Shown here piece by piece: positions 1-8,454 of a stretch of 64,000 nucleotides of DNA (position 1 is the stretch's first letter; each line of letters begins with the position of its first letter). The position numbers were made by a program, and so were the translations under genes. A model generated the notes under the pieces. The model was not told the DNA's origin and did no database searches. It worked only from the letters and a program-made list of their open reading frames with translations. This DNA is from a virus (taxonomy: Duplodnaviria; Caudoviricetes), in IMG/VR virus record IMGVR_UViG_2974644955_000001, positions 10,705 through 74,704 of that record; one strand, written 5' to 3'.

Positions 1-116
1 GTGCTCCACCCAAGGAATACACCTTGGATATCGGTGAGTTGGCAGAACTTGGTCAAAAAGAACTGACCAAAGCAATCGCATTCTGGCAGGAGAAGCAAAA
101 TGCAGATGACAACTGA
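1..116 (+). CDS. 3' end of an upstream gene (partial, unknown function)
   Basis: Open frame from nt 3 (APPKEYTLDIGELAELGQKELTKAIAFWQEKQNADDN) ends at TGA 114-116, overlapping the thyX start. Confidence 0.6.
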   Translation, partial: APPKEYTLDIGELAELGQKELTKAIAFWQEKQNADDN

Positions 117-1023
117 TGGATCCATCTACACTTATGTGGAGCAACCACAGTTACAGGTGGAGGTCATCTTGGCCTCTACCGCTGCTGATGCTCCTCCGAT
201 CTACACCATTCGCATGAGGTATCCTCGTCCGATTCATGGTGAGATCATGACACACCGTGTCTTTGGCCGGAATGCTCGTTCATCTCGTGCTGTCCCAGTC
301 AGAACCATGCTCAATGAGGTTCGGACGATTCCTTATGTGCCTTGGCATTGGCTCAAGAACAAGCCTGGAATGCAGGGTACAGAGCCTCTGACACCTGAAG
401 AACGGGAAGAAGCCATTACTCTTTGGCTATCTGCTGCAAACACAGCATGTCATCATGTGGATCAACTCTTTGATCCAGATGGTCTCAACATCCACAAGCA
501 GAACCCTAATCGACTCCTGGAGCCTTTCTCCTGGATCGACACTCTGATCACAGCCACTGAATGGAATAACTTCCTATGGCTTCGTCAGCATGGGGCTGCT
601 GAACCTCACCTTCAGGATCTGGCCAACTTGGTCTATCAAGCCATTGAAGATACTCAGTTAATTCTTCGTGACCCAGATGAATGGCACATGCCGTACATCA
701 CCTACGAGGAACGGACTCAGTATCATTCTGATGTCTTGCTGAAGATCTCTGCTGCTCGATGTGCTCGGATCTCGTACAAACCATTCAATGGAGATGGTTC
801 CGTCTCTAAAGAACTGGAGCGTGCAGATCTGTTGATGAATGATGAACGTGTTCACGCTTCACCATTCGAACATCAGGCCAAGCCGGATACACTTTCCTGG
901 AACTTCCCAGAATTTGAAGGTGAACCTGATGTCAAAGCATGGGCAAACCCAATGCTGCATGGCAACCTAACTGGTTGGATTCAGTATCGTAAGCTCATTC
1001 CGAATGAAGTTTACCACGGATAG
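100..1023 (+). CDS. thyX: FAD-dependent thymidylate synthase ThyX
   Basis: ThyX signature THRVFGRNARSSRA, plus ISAARCARISY and HASPFEH segments. Confidence 0.93.
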   Translation: MQMTTDGSIYTYVEQPQLQVEVILASTAADAPPIYTIRMRYPRPIHGEIMTHRVFGRNARSSRAVPVRTMLNEVRTIPYVPWHWLKNKPGMQGTEPLTPEEREEAITLWLSAANTACHHVDQLFDPDGLNIHKQNPNRLLEPFSWIDTLITATEWNNFLWLRQHGAAEPHLQDLANLVYQAIEDTQLILRDPDEWHMPYITYEERTQYHSDVLLKISAARCARISYKPFNGDGSVSKELERADLLMNDERVHASPFEHQAKPDTLSWNFPEFEGEPDVKAWANPMLHGNLTGWIQYRKLIPNEVYHG

Positions 1024-1068
1024 CACCCGTGTTAAGGGAGTCCTGACCTATCTTGGAAAGGACTCCCC

Positions 1069-2229
1069 ATGAGCAAATATCATGATTATTGGAGCCAGAA
1101 TGGTAAGCCAACATACAAGGACGTGGCAAAGCATTTTGGTGTTAACGAATCTACAGCCCGACGGTCAATTCAATTACATGAAAGTCGCTTAGAAACCCAA
1201 GTGGATGCAGAACAAGCAATCCTCGACGGAATGGAAGACCTTGGTTTCATCGGTCATCCTGACGCTGGTTGGGTCAAAAGCCAAAAACCTGACAAGCATG
1301 GTCGTACATATTCCTTCCGTTTCGACAAGAAGAAACAACAGGAAGAAGAAGACCGAATGGAACAGATCGCAGAACGCTTTATCGGCATGTCTCCGATCAA
1401 ATTTAACCCTCCCAAACTACGGATCAAAAGTCATCGTGTGAAGAAAGCCTTCATCTCGATCAACGATCTCCACTCAGGTGCTCTCGCCTGGGGAGCAGAG
1501 ACTGGATACGGTGACTGGGATCTCCCACTGGCCATGAAACGCCTAGAAGAATGGCTCTGCCGTCTTTTTGATCACATCGAAAAAGAAGGCGTTCATGAGA
1601 TCATCTTATATTACAATGGTGACATTCTTCATGCCAACGGCCAAGTCCCAATGACTGCCACTCACGGATCAGATCACATCCTAGATGTTGACTCTCGTCA
1701 CTTCAAAGTCGTTGATACAACTGGCGAACAAATCATCCATACTACTGATATCGCTGCACAAATCGCTGATGTACGTCTCGTCATCAAGCGAGGGAACCAT
1801 GATGGAGACAGCTATCTGTCGCTTCTTCAGGGTGCCAAATGGCGGTATCACAATCAGAAGAATGTCACTGTCGAGATGGATCCCAATGCCTATTGGGCGC
1901 ACATCTTTGGCAAGGTAGCAATCTTCGGACACCACGGTGATCGCATCAAACCTGACCGTCTCATCATGCAATTTCTGCAACGTTACCGAAAAGACATTGC
2001 AGACGTGGAGCACATCACGGTATGGACAGGTGACAAGCATCACCGTAAGGTCGAGCAGTTCCCCGGAGTAATCTGGGAGCAAGCATCGAACTGGTCTGAG
2101 CCTGATCTCTATGGTTCAGCCTTTGGTGAGACAGCGATGGCTCAAGCAGTCGTCTATGATGAAATCGAAGGCGAGACCTCACGTTTCACGGTCAAACCTT
2201 CCCAGATATTTGGAGAAGACCATGGCTAA
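1069..2229 (+). CDS. HTH-fused calcineurin-like metallophosphoesterase
   Basis: N-terminal HTH (TYKDVAKHFGVNESTARRSI); metallophosphoesterase motifs DLH, GD, GNHD, GHHGD, GDKHH. Confidence 0.8.
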   Translation: MSKYHDYWSQNGKPTYKDVAKHFGVNESTARRSIQLHESRLETQVDAEQAILDGMEDLGFIGHPDAGWVKSQKPDKHGRTYSFRFDKKKQQEEEDRMEQIAERFIGMSPIKFNPPKLRIKSHRVKKAFISINDLHSGALAWGAETGYGDWDLPLAMKRLEEWLCRLFDHIEKEGVHEIILYYNGDILHANGQVPMTATHGSDHILDVDSRHFKVVDTTGEQIIHTTDIAAQIADVRLVIKRGNHDGDSYLSLLQGAKWRYHNQKNVTVEMDPNAYWAHIFGKVAIFGHHGDRIKPDRLIMQFLQRYRKDIADVEHITVWTGDKHHRKVEQFPGVIWEQASNWSEPDLYGSAFGETAMAQAVVYDEIEGETSRFTVKPSQIFGEDHG

Positions 2230-2485
2230 ATGGGATCTCAACAAAGAAGCAGACAAAGAAGCACTACCGGAACCAACCTATGCAACACGCATGGACAAAG
2301 TGGAAAAGCTGTTCCGGTATGAGCATCTCCCTGATCATCTTCAGGAAGTCAGCAAGCCATTCCATGACATGGCTGTTGATCTTGTGGAGAATCTTCTGCC
2401 CAGTGCAGAAGTGACCTTGGCTATCCGGAAACTCTGGGAAGCGAAGAACCTGGCAGTGTATGCTGCCGTTGAAGCAACTGATTAA
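2222..2485 (+). CDS. Small helical-hairpin protein, Acb2/Tad1-like (putative immune-signal sponge)
   Basis: True start likely ATG 2222 (87 aa), overlapping the upstream stop; FRYEHLP...SAEVTLAIRKLWEAKNLA resembles the S-x-E-x-x-L-A-x-x-K-L-x-E-A hairpin of the Acb2/Tad1-type family (from recall). Confidence 0.5.
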   Translation: MAKWDLNKEADKEALPEPTYATRMDKVEKLFRYEHLPDHLQEVSKPFHDMAVDLVENLLPSAEVTLAIRKLWEAKNLAVYAAVEATD

Positions 2486-2498
2486 GGAGGTGCAAAAT

Positions 2499-2615
2499 AT
2501 GTTTGAATTTCTCATGGGAATGGGGGTTGGCCTAGTGGTTGGCTGGAACGTCCTTCCCCAACCTACCTGGGTCCGAAACCTTTACTCCCGCTGGACGGGA
2601 GGAGGTGATCTGTAA
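2499..2615 (+). CDS. 38-aa single-pass membrane microprotein (not in the ORF track)
   Basis: Strong RBS AAGGAGGT 8 nt upstream; MFEFLMGMGVGLVVGWNVLPQPTWVRNLYSRWTGGGDL; followed by a terminator. Confidence 0.75.
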   Translation: MFEFLMGMGVGLVVGWNVLPQPTWVRNLYSRWTGGGDL

Positions 2616-2647
2616 TCTCCCTGATCCATTGGTTCAGCGGTAAACAC

Positions 2648-2675
2648 AAACCCTCGCCTTCGGGCGGGGGTTTTT
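2648..2675 (+). terminator. Rho-independent terminator
   Basis: CCCTCGCC-TTCG-GGCGGGGG stem with cUUCGg loop followed by TTTTT. Confidence 0.9.
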
Positions 2676-2755
2676 CTTGACAAAACAGTTTAATCTGGTC
2701 TTGTGTCCTTCTATTTGGTACAGCAAGCTAACCCTTGAGAACCAAAGGAAGCATC

Positions 2756-3085
2756 ATGGCCGATACAGTCACATATCCATTTGTCCGAGGTGATGACTTC
2801 AGCATCACAATGACACTCACAGATCCACAGAACAACGATGCCCCAGTTGATATTACCAACTGGACCATTGCTTCTCAGGTTCGTTATCAGCGTCGTCTCA
2901 TTGATGATCTGGTCGTCACCAAAGATGACCCCGTAAATGGTGTCCTGACGCTCTCCAAGATCCGGACTGATACAATGCTCTGGCCAGCACGTACAGTTAA
3001 GTGCGACATTCAGTTTGATCGTCCTGAAGGACGTATCTCCTCTCAGACCTTTCTGATCGAAGTAACAGAGGATCAAACCCAATGA
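2756..3085 (+). CDS. Small beta-sandwich virion protein (BppU-N-like fibre adaptor)
   Basis: Start ATG 2756 after AAGGAAG; GDDFSITMTLTD...VDITNWTIASQVR pattern typical of beta-sandwich proteins preceding phage fibre genes; ATGA coupling to the collagen gene. Confidence 0.6.
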   Translation: MADTVTYPFVRGDDFSITMTLTDPQNNDAPVDITNWTIASQVRYQRRLIDDLVVTKDDPVNGVLTLSKIRTDTMLWPARTVKCDIQFDRPEGRISSQTFLIEVTEDQTQ

Positions 3086-5043
3086 ATGATCTGAACCTCA
3101 CAGCAGTAATGGAACCACGATACGTCCTGACTATTCAGGATCAATCTGTTGTTGTGGGTTCTGACTTCAATCTGACTCTTCAGGAAAACTCTGCACCCCT
3201 GAAGCTCACTCTTGGTCTCCAAGGCCAAAAGGGTATTCAGGGTGATGTAGGCCCACAAGGTCCAGTTGGCCCTGCTGGTCCCGCAGGAACAGACGGTACA
3301 GATGGTGTCAGCTTTGCCTTTGATGGCACAGATACCTTTGCCAATCGTAACCTTTACGACGCTGAAGTTGTCGGCTGGAGATTCTTGGCTTCAGACACTG
3401 GAGAGATCTATGTTCGACTGGATCCTACAGGCTGGTCTGCACCTATCCAACTGAAAGGTGACACTGGTCCCCAGGGACCACAAGGTATTCAGGGTGTCCA
3501 AGGACCAATTGGACCTCAAGGCAACCCTGGTGCTGATGGTCAAGGCTTCACAGTCGATGCTTATGCAGAACTCGTGAACCTTGGAACCTATGACAACGAA
3601 GCTGAAGGCTTCTCTGTTGTCGATCCTGTCACTGGTTTGCTCTACATCCGGTACAGCGTAGCTGGAACGTGGACCAATGGTATTCAATTCGTCGGTCCTG
3701 AAGGTCCAACCGGACCAATTGGACCTGCTGGCCCAACAGGTGCTCCGGGGGCTGCTGGTGCAGACGGTGCTGACTTTGCATTTGATGCAGTCGGAACACT
3801 ACCAGAAAAGAACCTCTATAACGCTCAACCAGAAGGTTTCACCTTCCTGGATGAAGTCAATGGTAACTTCTATGTCCGAAATGATGCCACCATTGGTGCA
3901 TGGACGAATGCTATCCCATTCCAAGGCCCGACAGGACCACAGGGTGCTCAAGGTGACGCAGGTATCAGTGCCTACGATCTGGCTGTCTCTCAGCAAGGTT
4001 TCGTTGGTTCAGTGTCTGACTGGCTCACCACTCTCACTGCATACGGTGTAGCTGTCTCCAATGGTTTCGTGGGAACTCAAGCTGACTGGTTGATCCATAT
4101 CAACGCATACGGCATTGCCGTACAGAATGGCTATCTGGGAACTCAGGCCCAATGGCTTCAGGACATGACTGCCTACGGTATCGCTGTCCTCAATGGATAC
4201 GCTGGAACCGAGCCTGAATGGCTGATTCACATCAATGCCTATGGACGTGCTCTGGACAACGGATTCGTTGGTACAGAACTCGAATGGCTGGATAGTCTCA
4301 CAGCTTATGGTGTGGCCCAGTCAAACGGATATGCTGGAACCAAAGCAGCATGGCTCACAAGTCTGACTGCCTATGGTGTCGCCGTGGACAATGGCTTTGT
4401 GGGTACTGAACCAGAATGGCTCACTCACATCAGTGCATATGGTGTGGCAGTTCAGAACGGATTCGTAGGGACCGAGCTTCAATGGCTCGACTCTCTGGTA
4501 GGCCCAATTGGCCCTCAAGGTATCCAGGGACTCAAGGGCGATACAGGTCAATCTCTGATCCCAGATGCCATTGATTTGTTCGCAAATCGTGCTCTTTATG
4601 ACACGGAACTTGAAGGTTTCGTGTTCATGGCATCAGATACTGGCTTGATTTACTTCAGAGAAACCGTTTTCAATGGAACATGGTCTGTCGGTGTACCCTT
4701 CCGGGGTCCAGACGGACTTCCAGGGGATGTCACAACTCGATCTTTGATCAACACAGCGACCTATACGGTTCTCAATACCGACCTTCAAACTGGTCGTGAG
4801 ATCAAGAAAGTCGATCATGCTGTCGGTTGTGCCATCACAGTTCCTGCTGGACTCACAAACCAAGAGCCATGCACATTCATTCAAACCAATGTAGGACAGA
4901 TCACCTTTGCAGGGGCTGTCGGAGTGACAATTCTCAGTGCTGATTCAGCACTACTCTCCCGTGTTCAAGGGAGTTTTGTCACTCTCTTGCCAGACGGTGA
5001 TACGGCTGATCTGTATTACCTCACAGGGGATATCGTAGCATGA
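3082..5043 (+). CDS. Collagen-like fibre protein (head or tail fibre) with modular repeats
   Basis: Several Gly-X-Y tracts; four ~50-aa globular repeats; eight 22-aa SAY..AV..GF.GT...WL..L repeats. Confidence 0.85.
   Translation: MNDLNLTAVMEPRYVLTIQDQSVVVGSDFNLTLQENSAPLKLTLGLQGQKGIQGDVGPQGPVGPAGPAGTDGTDGVSFAFDGTDTFANRNLYDAEVVGWRFLASDTGEIYVRLDPTGWSAPIQLKGDTGPQGPQGIQGVQGPIGPQGNPGADGQGFTVDAYAELVNLGTYDNEAEGFSVVDPVTGLLYIRYSVAGTWTNGIQFVGPEGPTGPIGPAGPTGAPGAAGADGADFAFDAVGTLPEKNLYNAQPEGFTFLDEVNGNFYVRNDATIGAWTNAIPFQGPTGPQGAQGDAGISAYDLAVSQQGFVGSVSDWLTTLTAYGVAVSNGFVGTQADWLIHINAYGIAVQNGYLGTQAQWLQDMTAYGIAVLNGYAGTEPEWLIHINAYGRALDNGFVGTELEWLDSLTAYGVAQSNGYAGTKAAWLTSLTAYGVAVDNGFVGTEPEWLTHISAYGVAVQNGFVGTELQWLDSLVGPIGPQGIQGLKGDTGQSLIPDAIDLFANRALYDTELEGFVFMASDTGLIYFRETVFNGTWSVGVPFRGPDGLPGDVTTRSLINTATYTVLNTDLQTGREIKKVDHAVGCAITVPAGLTNQEPCTFIQTNVGQITFAGAVGVTILSADSALLSRVQGSFVTLLPDGDTADLYYLTGDIVA
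3967..4497 (+). repeat. Coding tandem repeat, 8 x 66 bp (22 aa; first unit 23 aa)
   Basis: Units such as TAYGVAVSNGFVGTQADWLIHI, NAYGIAVQNGYLGTQAQWLQDM, SAYGVAVQNGFVGTELQWLDSL read directly from the translation. Confidence 0.92.
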
Positions 5044-5696
5044 GATATGGACTGATCGCATCAGTATTATCTTCAATTCCAAAAGGAGCGACTTTTCAGT
5101 ATCGCTTCTGGAGGGTTTGGGGAATCAATAATCACCACGCTTCCAGTAACTATCTGACGGCTGGTGAGATTGAATTCTATGCCAATGACAACACGACCGA
5201 CCTTACTATCGGGACATCAGGTGCAATCGCATCTTCTGTCTTGAGTGCTACCTACATTCCAGAACATGCTTTCGACAATGACCCAACCAACACTCGTTGG
5301 GCCAGTAACAACACAACTCCAGCAGGGATTGGATGGGACTTTGGAGAAGGAAACGAAGTTCAGCTTACAGGTCTAAGCATCACTCCAGGTCAAATCCCTA
5401 CAGAAACTCCAAGAGAGTTTTATCTTCAGTATTCTGAAGATGGAGTCACTTGGTTTGATTATGCCTACTTTGAGACAGCAGCCCCTACTACTGCGGTCAA
5501 ACAGATCTTCACTTTCCCACTGACTTCAGACATTGAAGTTCAGGACTTCTCAGCAAACCTTGTCTATGGTGGCCCTTCAGAGGGTGATTTTGTGGTAATC
5601 AATGACCTCTCTGCCAATCTTGTCTATGGCGGTGGAGGCTATCCTGGGATAATCCTCAACGATCTATCCGCTAATATCGTCTATGGAGGGCCGTAA
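5040..5696 (+). CDS. Discoidin (F5/8 type C)-like carbohydrate-binding virion protein with triple C-terminal repeat
   Basis: YRFWRV...GEIEF, AFDND..TRWAS, IGWDFG, TPREFYLQYSEDGVTW; C-terminal D[FL]SAN[LI]VYGG x3. Confidence 0.7.
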   Translation: MRYGLIASVLSSIPKGATFQYRFWRVWGINNHHASSNYLTAGEIEFYANDNTTDLTIGTSGAIASSVLSATYIPEHAFDNDPTNTRWASNNTTPAGIGWDFGEGNEVQLTGLSITPGQIPTETPREFYLQYSEDGVTWFDYAYFETAAPTTAVKQIFTFPLTSDIEVQDFSANLVYGGPSEGDFVVINDLSANLVYGGGGYPGIILNDLSANIVYGGP

Positions 5697-5698
5697 TC

Positions 5699-6649
5699 AT
5701 GTCCGTAATCTTTGCCACAAACAGTGCCATTCACTACAAGAGTATGTCACAAAGCACGTCAACAATCTATAAACGGAGCCAAGTAACACAGGCTTATCGG
5801 GTGTTTGACAACTCAACTCACGCCATTACCATGTTGCCAGCTAACATTGATAATGAAACCGAACTTTGGTTTCAATTTCAGTGGTATAAATCCGGTGGAG
5901 GTAACTCTACCGATGACGGTTATATGGCCCGAGTTTTCGATTCTAATGGACGAGAGTGTTTTCGTTTGGATGTGAGCAATGGTTATCTGTTTCTATCAGT
6001 TTATGGTAATGCCACTTACAACACTGCATCTGCATTTCTTGGAGCAGGCATGAACAGCATCAAAATCCGTTATCGTAATGATGGACCTGGACTGACTCTT
6101 CAAGCAGATTTGTATATGAATGGTATCCTAGCGGGAACAACCGCTGGAACCAACAACACCAGGTTAATGCCTCGAAACTGGAGTTTTGAAATGGTCGATG
6201 CTTCTTCGACCACTGACTACATGAGTGAGTTCATCTGTAGTACCGTTGATCTTGAGACCTATGGTCTCAGCAAATACGACATCATTGCAGCAGGGACTGA
6301 CAATGATTTCACTGGTCTTGTTACAAATGTCTCTGATGATATCGGAACCTCTGGAATGGTCGGTGCAAGTCCAGGAGACAAGCAATCGTTCATTCCACCT
6401 ACTATCAACACAGCAAAACTCATCCACTCCTATGCTCCTAACGCATTGGTTTGGTGTGGTAATACTCAACGAACAGTTCGCTTCTATCTCAAGATTGGTG
6501 GTGTTCAGTACAATGGTCCCAACCATGTTCTGACCATCAACAAACAGAATTTGCTCCAAGAGAATTTCCTATTGGATCCTTCCGACAACCAACCTTGGAC
6601 TTCTGCCAAGATCAATGCAGCAGAAGTTGGAATCGAGATCGTTTCATGA
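5699..6649 (+). CDS. Putative receptor-binding/lectin-like virion protein, paralog of 59221..60192
   Basis: Beta-rich and aromatic; C-terminal DPSDNQPWTSAKINAAEVGIE motif; collinear similarity to 59221..60192. Confidence 0.6.
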   Translation: MSVIFATNSAIHYKSMSQSTSTIYKRSQVTQAYRVFDNSTHAITMLPANIDNETELWFQFQWYKSGGGNSTDDGYMARVFDSNGRECFRLDVSNGYLFLSVYGNATYNTASAFLGAGMNSIKIRYRNDGPGLTLQADLYMNGILAGTTAGTNNTRLMPRNWSFEMVDASSTTDYMSEFICSTVDLETYGLSKYDIIAAGTDNDFTGLVTNVSDDIGTSGMVGASPGDKQSFIPPTINTAKLIHSYAPNALVWCGNTQRTVRFYLKIGGVQYNGPNHVLTINKQNLLQENFLLDPSDNQPWTSAKINAAEVGIEIVS

Positions 6650-6843
6650 ATCACAAAAATCAGACTCTATACCGAGCAATTGATAACCAGACGACTCCCT
6701 TGAGATTTCTACATCTCTCAGGGGAGTCTCTGACCAGGGATAAGAATTACTCCTGGATTGGCACAGAAGATCAATTTGATCGACTCTGTGAGATATTTGA
6801 ATGGGATGCGTTGAGCCTTGTCTCCGCTGAGATATTCAAATAG
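6646..6843 (+). CDS. Hypothetical protein (65 aa)
   Basis: ATG 6646 overlaps the upstream TGA (ATGA coupling). Confidence 0.6.
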   Translation: MNHKNQTLYRAIDNQTTPLRFLHLSGESLTRDKNYSWIGTEDQFDRLCEIFEWDALSLVSAEIFK

Positions 6844-6891
6844 ACCTTTCTTTCTTGGTTTTCATGAACCAAAAAACAGAAAGGAAAACTC

Positions 6892-7455
6892 ATGTTCGCA
6901 AAAGCAATCCCTGCTGAAGTGTTCGCTGTCCAGCGAGAATTCATCAGGTCAATGGGAGGTAAGCTCGATTTTCTATGGGCTGCCGAAACCCTCGTCGTCG
7001 AAGAAACGAAGGAACTGCGTGAGGCTTACGAAAAGCCTGAGACAACAGATGCAAATCTGGCTGATATCTTCAAAGAAGGTGCCGATCTCATCTACGTCGT
7101 CTGTCACTTCTACAACACCATGCCAGTCTATGCTGTCGAGGTGCTCAGTGAAGAGCAGAACCAACGTGTGCAGAGCATCATCGACGAGGCTTCTAGCCTG
7201 ATGAGCACTGTCTCACATCGCCTCCAGATCCCTCTGCCTCTGTTCATCGCAGCATTCGAGATCGTCCATGCCTCAAACATGAGCAAGCTCGATGACGACG
7301 GCAAACCTGTACGTCGTGAAGATGGTAAGATCATGAAGGGTCCAAACTATGTGGCTCCGGACATGATGCCCATCGTCGAGCAGTACAAGGAGTTTCTTGT
7401 GCATCACGAAGCTCAGAAGCAAGGAGAGGTGGAAGATGCTGAGATCGTTGAGTGA
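6892..7455 (+). CDS. MazG-like NTP pyrophosphohydrolase (PRA-PH-like)
   Basis: EETKEL, IFKEGADLIYV and VHASNMSKLDDDGKPVRREDGKIMKGPNY, typical of phage MazG-like dNTP pyrophosphatases. Confidence 0.85.
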   Translation: MFAKAIPAEVFAVQREFIRSMGGKLDFLWAAETLVVEETKELREAYEKPETTDANLADIFKEGADLIYVVCHFYNTMPVYAVEVLSEEQNQRVQSIIDEASSLMSTVSHRLQIPLPLFIAAFEIVHASNMSKLDDDGKPVRREDGKIMKGPNYVAPDMMPIVEQYKEFLVHHEAQKQGEVEDAEIVE

Positions 7456-7750
7456 CGCTGATTTCAATCAGGAAGTACGAGAAAGCTCAGAGCCTATCGT
7501 GATCATGTTCACTGGCTCATGGTGTCAGCCATGCAAACGCTTCAAGCCAACTGTGGTAGAAATGTCACAGAACTTCCCCGACATCCGATTCGCTGAAATG
7601 GATATCGAACAGTCTCAAGACACGGTTGCTCACCTGAACATCCGTACTGTTCCTTCTTTGGCGATGTTTGTGGACGGCATGATTCGTGAAGTCCACTCCG
7701 GAACCATGAACAAGACAGAGCTTCGTCTCTGGATTCAAGAAAACATCTGA
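7436..7750 (+). CDS. trxA: Thioredoxin
   Basis: WCQPC active site and TVP cis-Pro loop; start likely ATG 7436 after GGAGAGG. Confidence 0.93.
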   Translation: MLRSLSDADFNQEVRESSEPIVIMFTGSWCQPCKRFKPTVVEMSQNFPDIRFAEMDIEQSQDTVAHLNIRTVPSLAMFVDGMIREVHSGTMNKTELRLWIQENI

Positions 7751-7760
7751 AAGGATCAAC

Positions 7761-8183
7761 ATGAAACGTCTTCTCATGGGGGCTGCTGCTATAGCCTCTG
7801 CCTTTGTCCTGGCTGGCTGCCAGACTGATGCTACCAAAGCATCGTACAATCTCAGCCAAGCTGCTGACAACTTCGAGATCGTTCGTCGAGTCGTGTTCTA
7901 CAACGGCATCACTGGCGAATATATGCTCGAAGTGACTGGTCTCTGTTCTATCAGTGATCAGGGCAACCAACTGGAACTTACCTGCAAAGAAGGAGATGCT
8001 GGCTACGTCAAGCACTTCCTGGGTCTCTCGGACAACGTGACCTACTTTGCAGAACAAGTGAGTCCCGAATCGGTCTCTGTGTATCACACACGGATCATCT
8101 GGAAGCCTCAGAGCATCATTCCAGACATCGACCTTCAATTCAACGGTGAAGAACTGATCGAGAATCAGAACTCCAACGGCTGA
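7761..8183 (+). CDS. Conserved phage lipoprotein
   Basis: Signal peptide with lipobox LAGC; SYNLSQAADNFEIVRRVVFYNGITG motif seen widely in phage lipoproteins (from recall). Confidence 0.8.
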   Translation: MKRLLMGAAAIASAFVLAGCQTDATKASYNLSQAADNFEIVRRVVFYNGITGEYMLEVTGLCSISDQGNQLELTCKEGDAGYVKHFLGLSDNVTYFAEQVSPESVSVYHTRIIWKPQSIIPDIDLQFNGEELIENQNSNG

Positions 8184-8208
8184 TTGAAAGTCAAACCTCG
8201 ACCAATTG

Positions 8209-8239
8209 AAACCCTCTGCTGAAAGGCAGGGGGTTTTTT
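8209..8239 (+). terminator. Rho-independent terminator
   Basis: CCCTCTGCT-GAAA-GGCAGGGGG followed by TTTTTT. Confidence 0.88.
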
Positions 8240-8256
8240 ATTTCTGGAGAAATAAA

Positions 8257-8442
8257 ATGCCACTGCAACGACAACCGACAGAAGCAGAGATGGGAGAGAT
8301 TCTCAGGTTTATGGACATTATGTCCATTTACATCACTGATGATTATCAGGTGGAAATGAAAAACTACAATTCCGCTGAATGCAAATCCATTGTCAAACTT
8401 TTCAAAGCTCTCACTGGCAGAGATTTGGATATCATTTCGTAG
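8257..8442 (+). CDS. Hypothetical protein (61 aa)
   Basis: ATG 8257 after GGAGA RBS, downstream of the terminator. Confidence 0.7.
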   Translation: MPLQRQPTEAEMGEILRFMDIMSIYITDDYQVEMKNYNSAECKSIVKLFKALTGRDLDIIS

Positions 8443-8454
8443 GAGAACGAAACA

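Noticed and set aside
2677-2705. Sigma70 promoter from TTGACA after the terminator (also TTGACA at 61742)
   Set aside because: No convincing -10 element at 16-18 nt spacing; cannot be supported from sequence alone
3967-4497. 66-bp periodic array considered as a CRISPR array or DGR-type repeat
   Set aside because: Units are in-frame protein repeats diverging at synonymous sites; no constant repeat with unique spacers, and no cas or reverse transcriptase gene in the window
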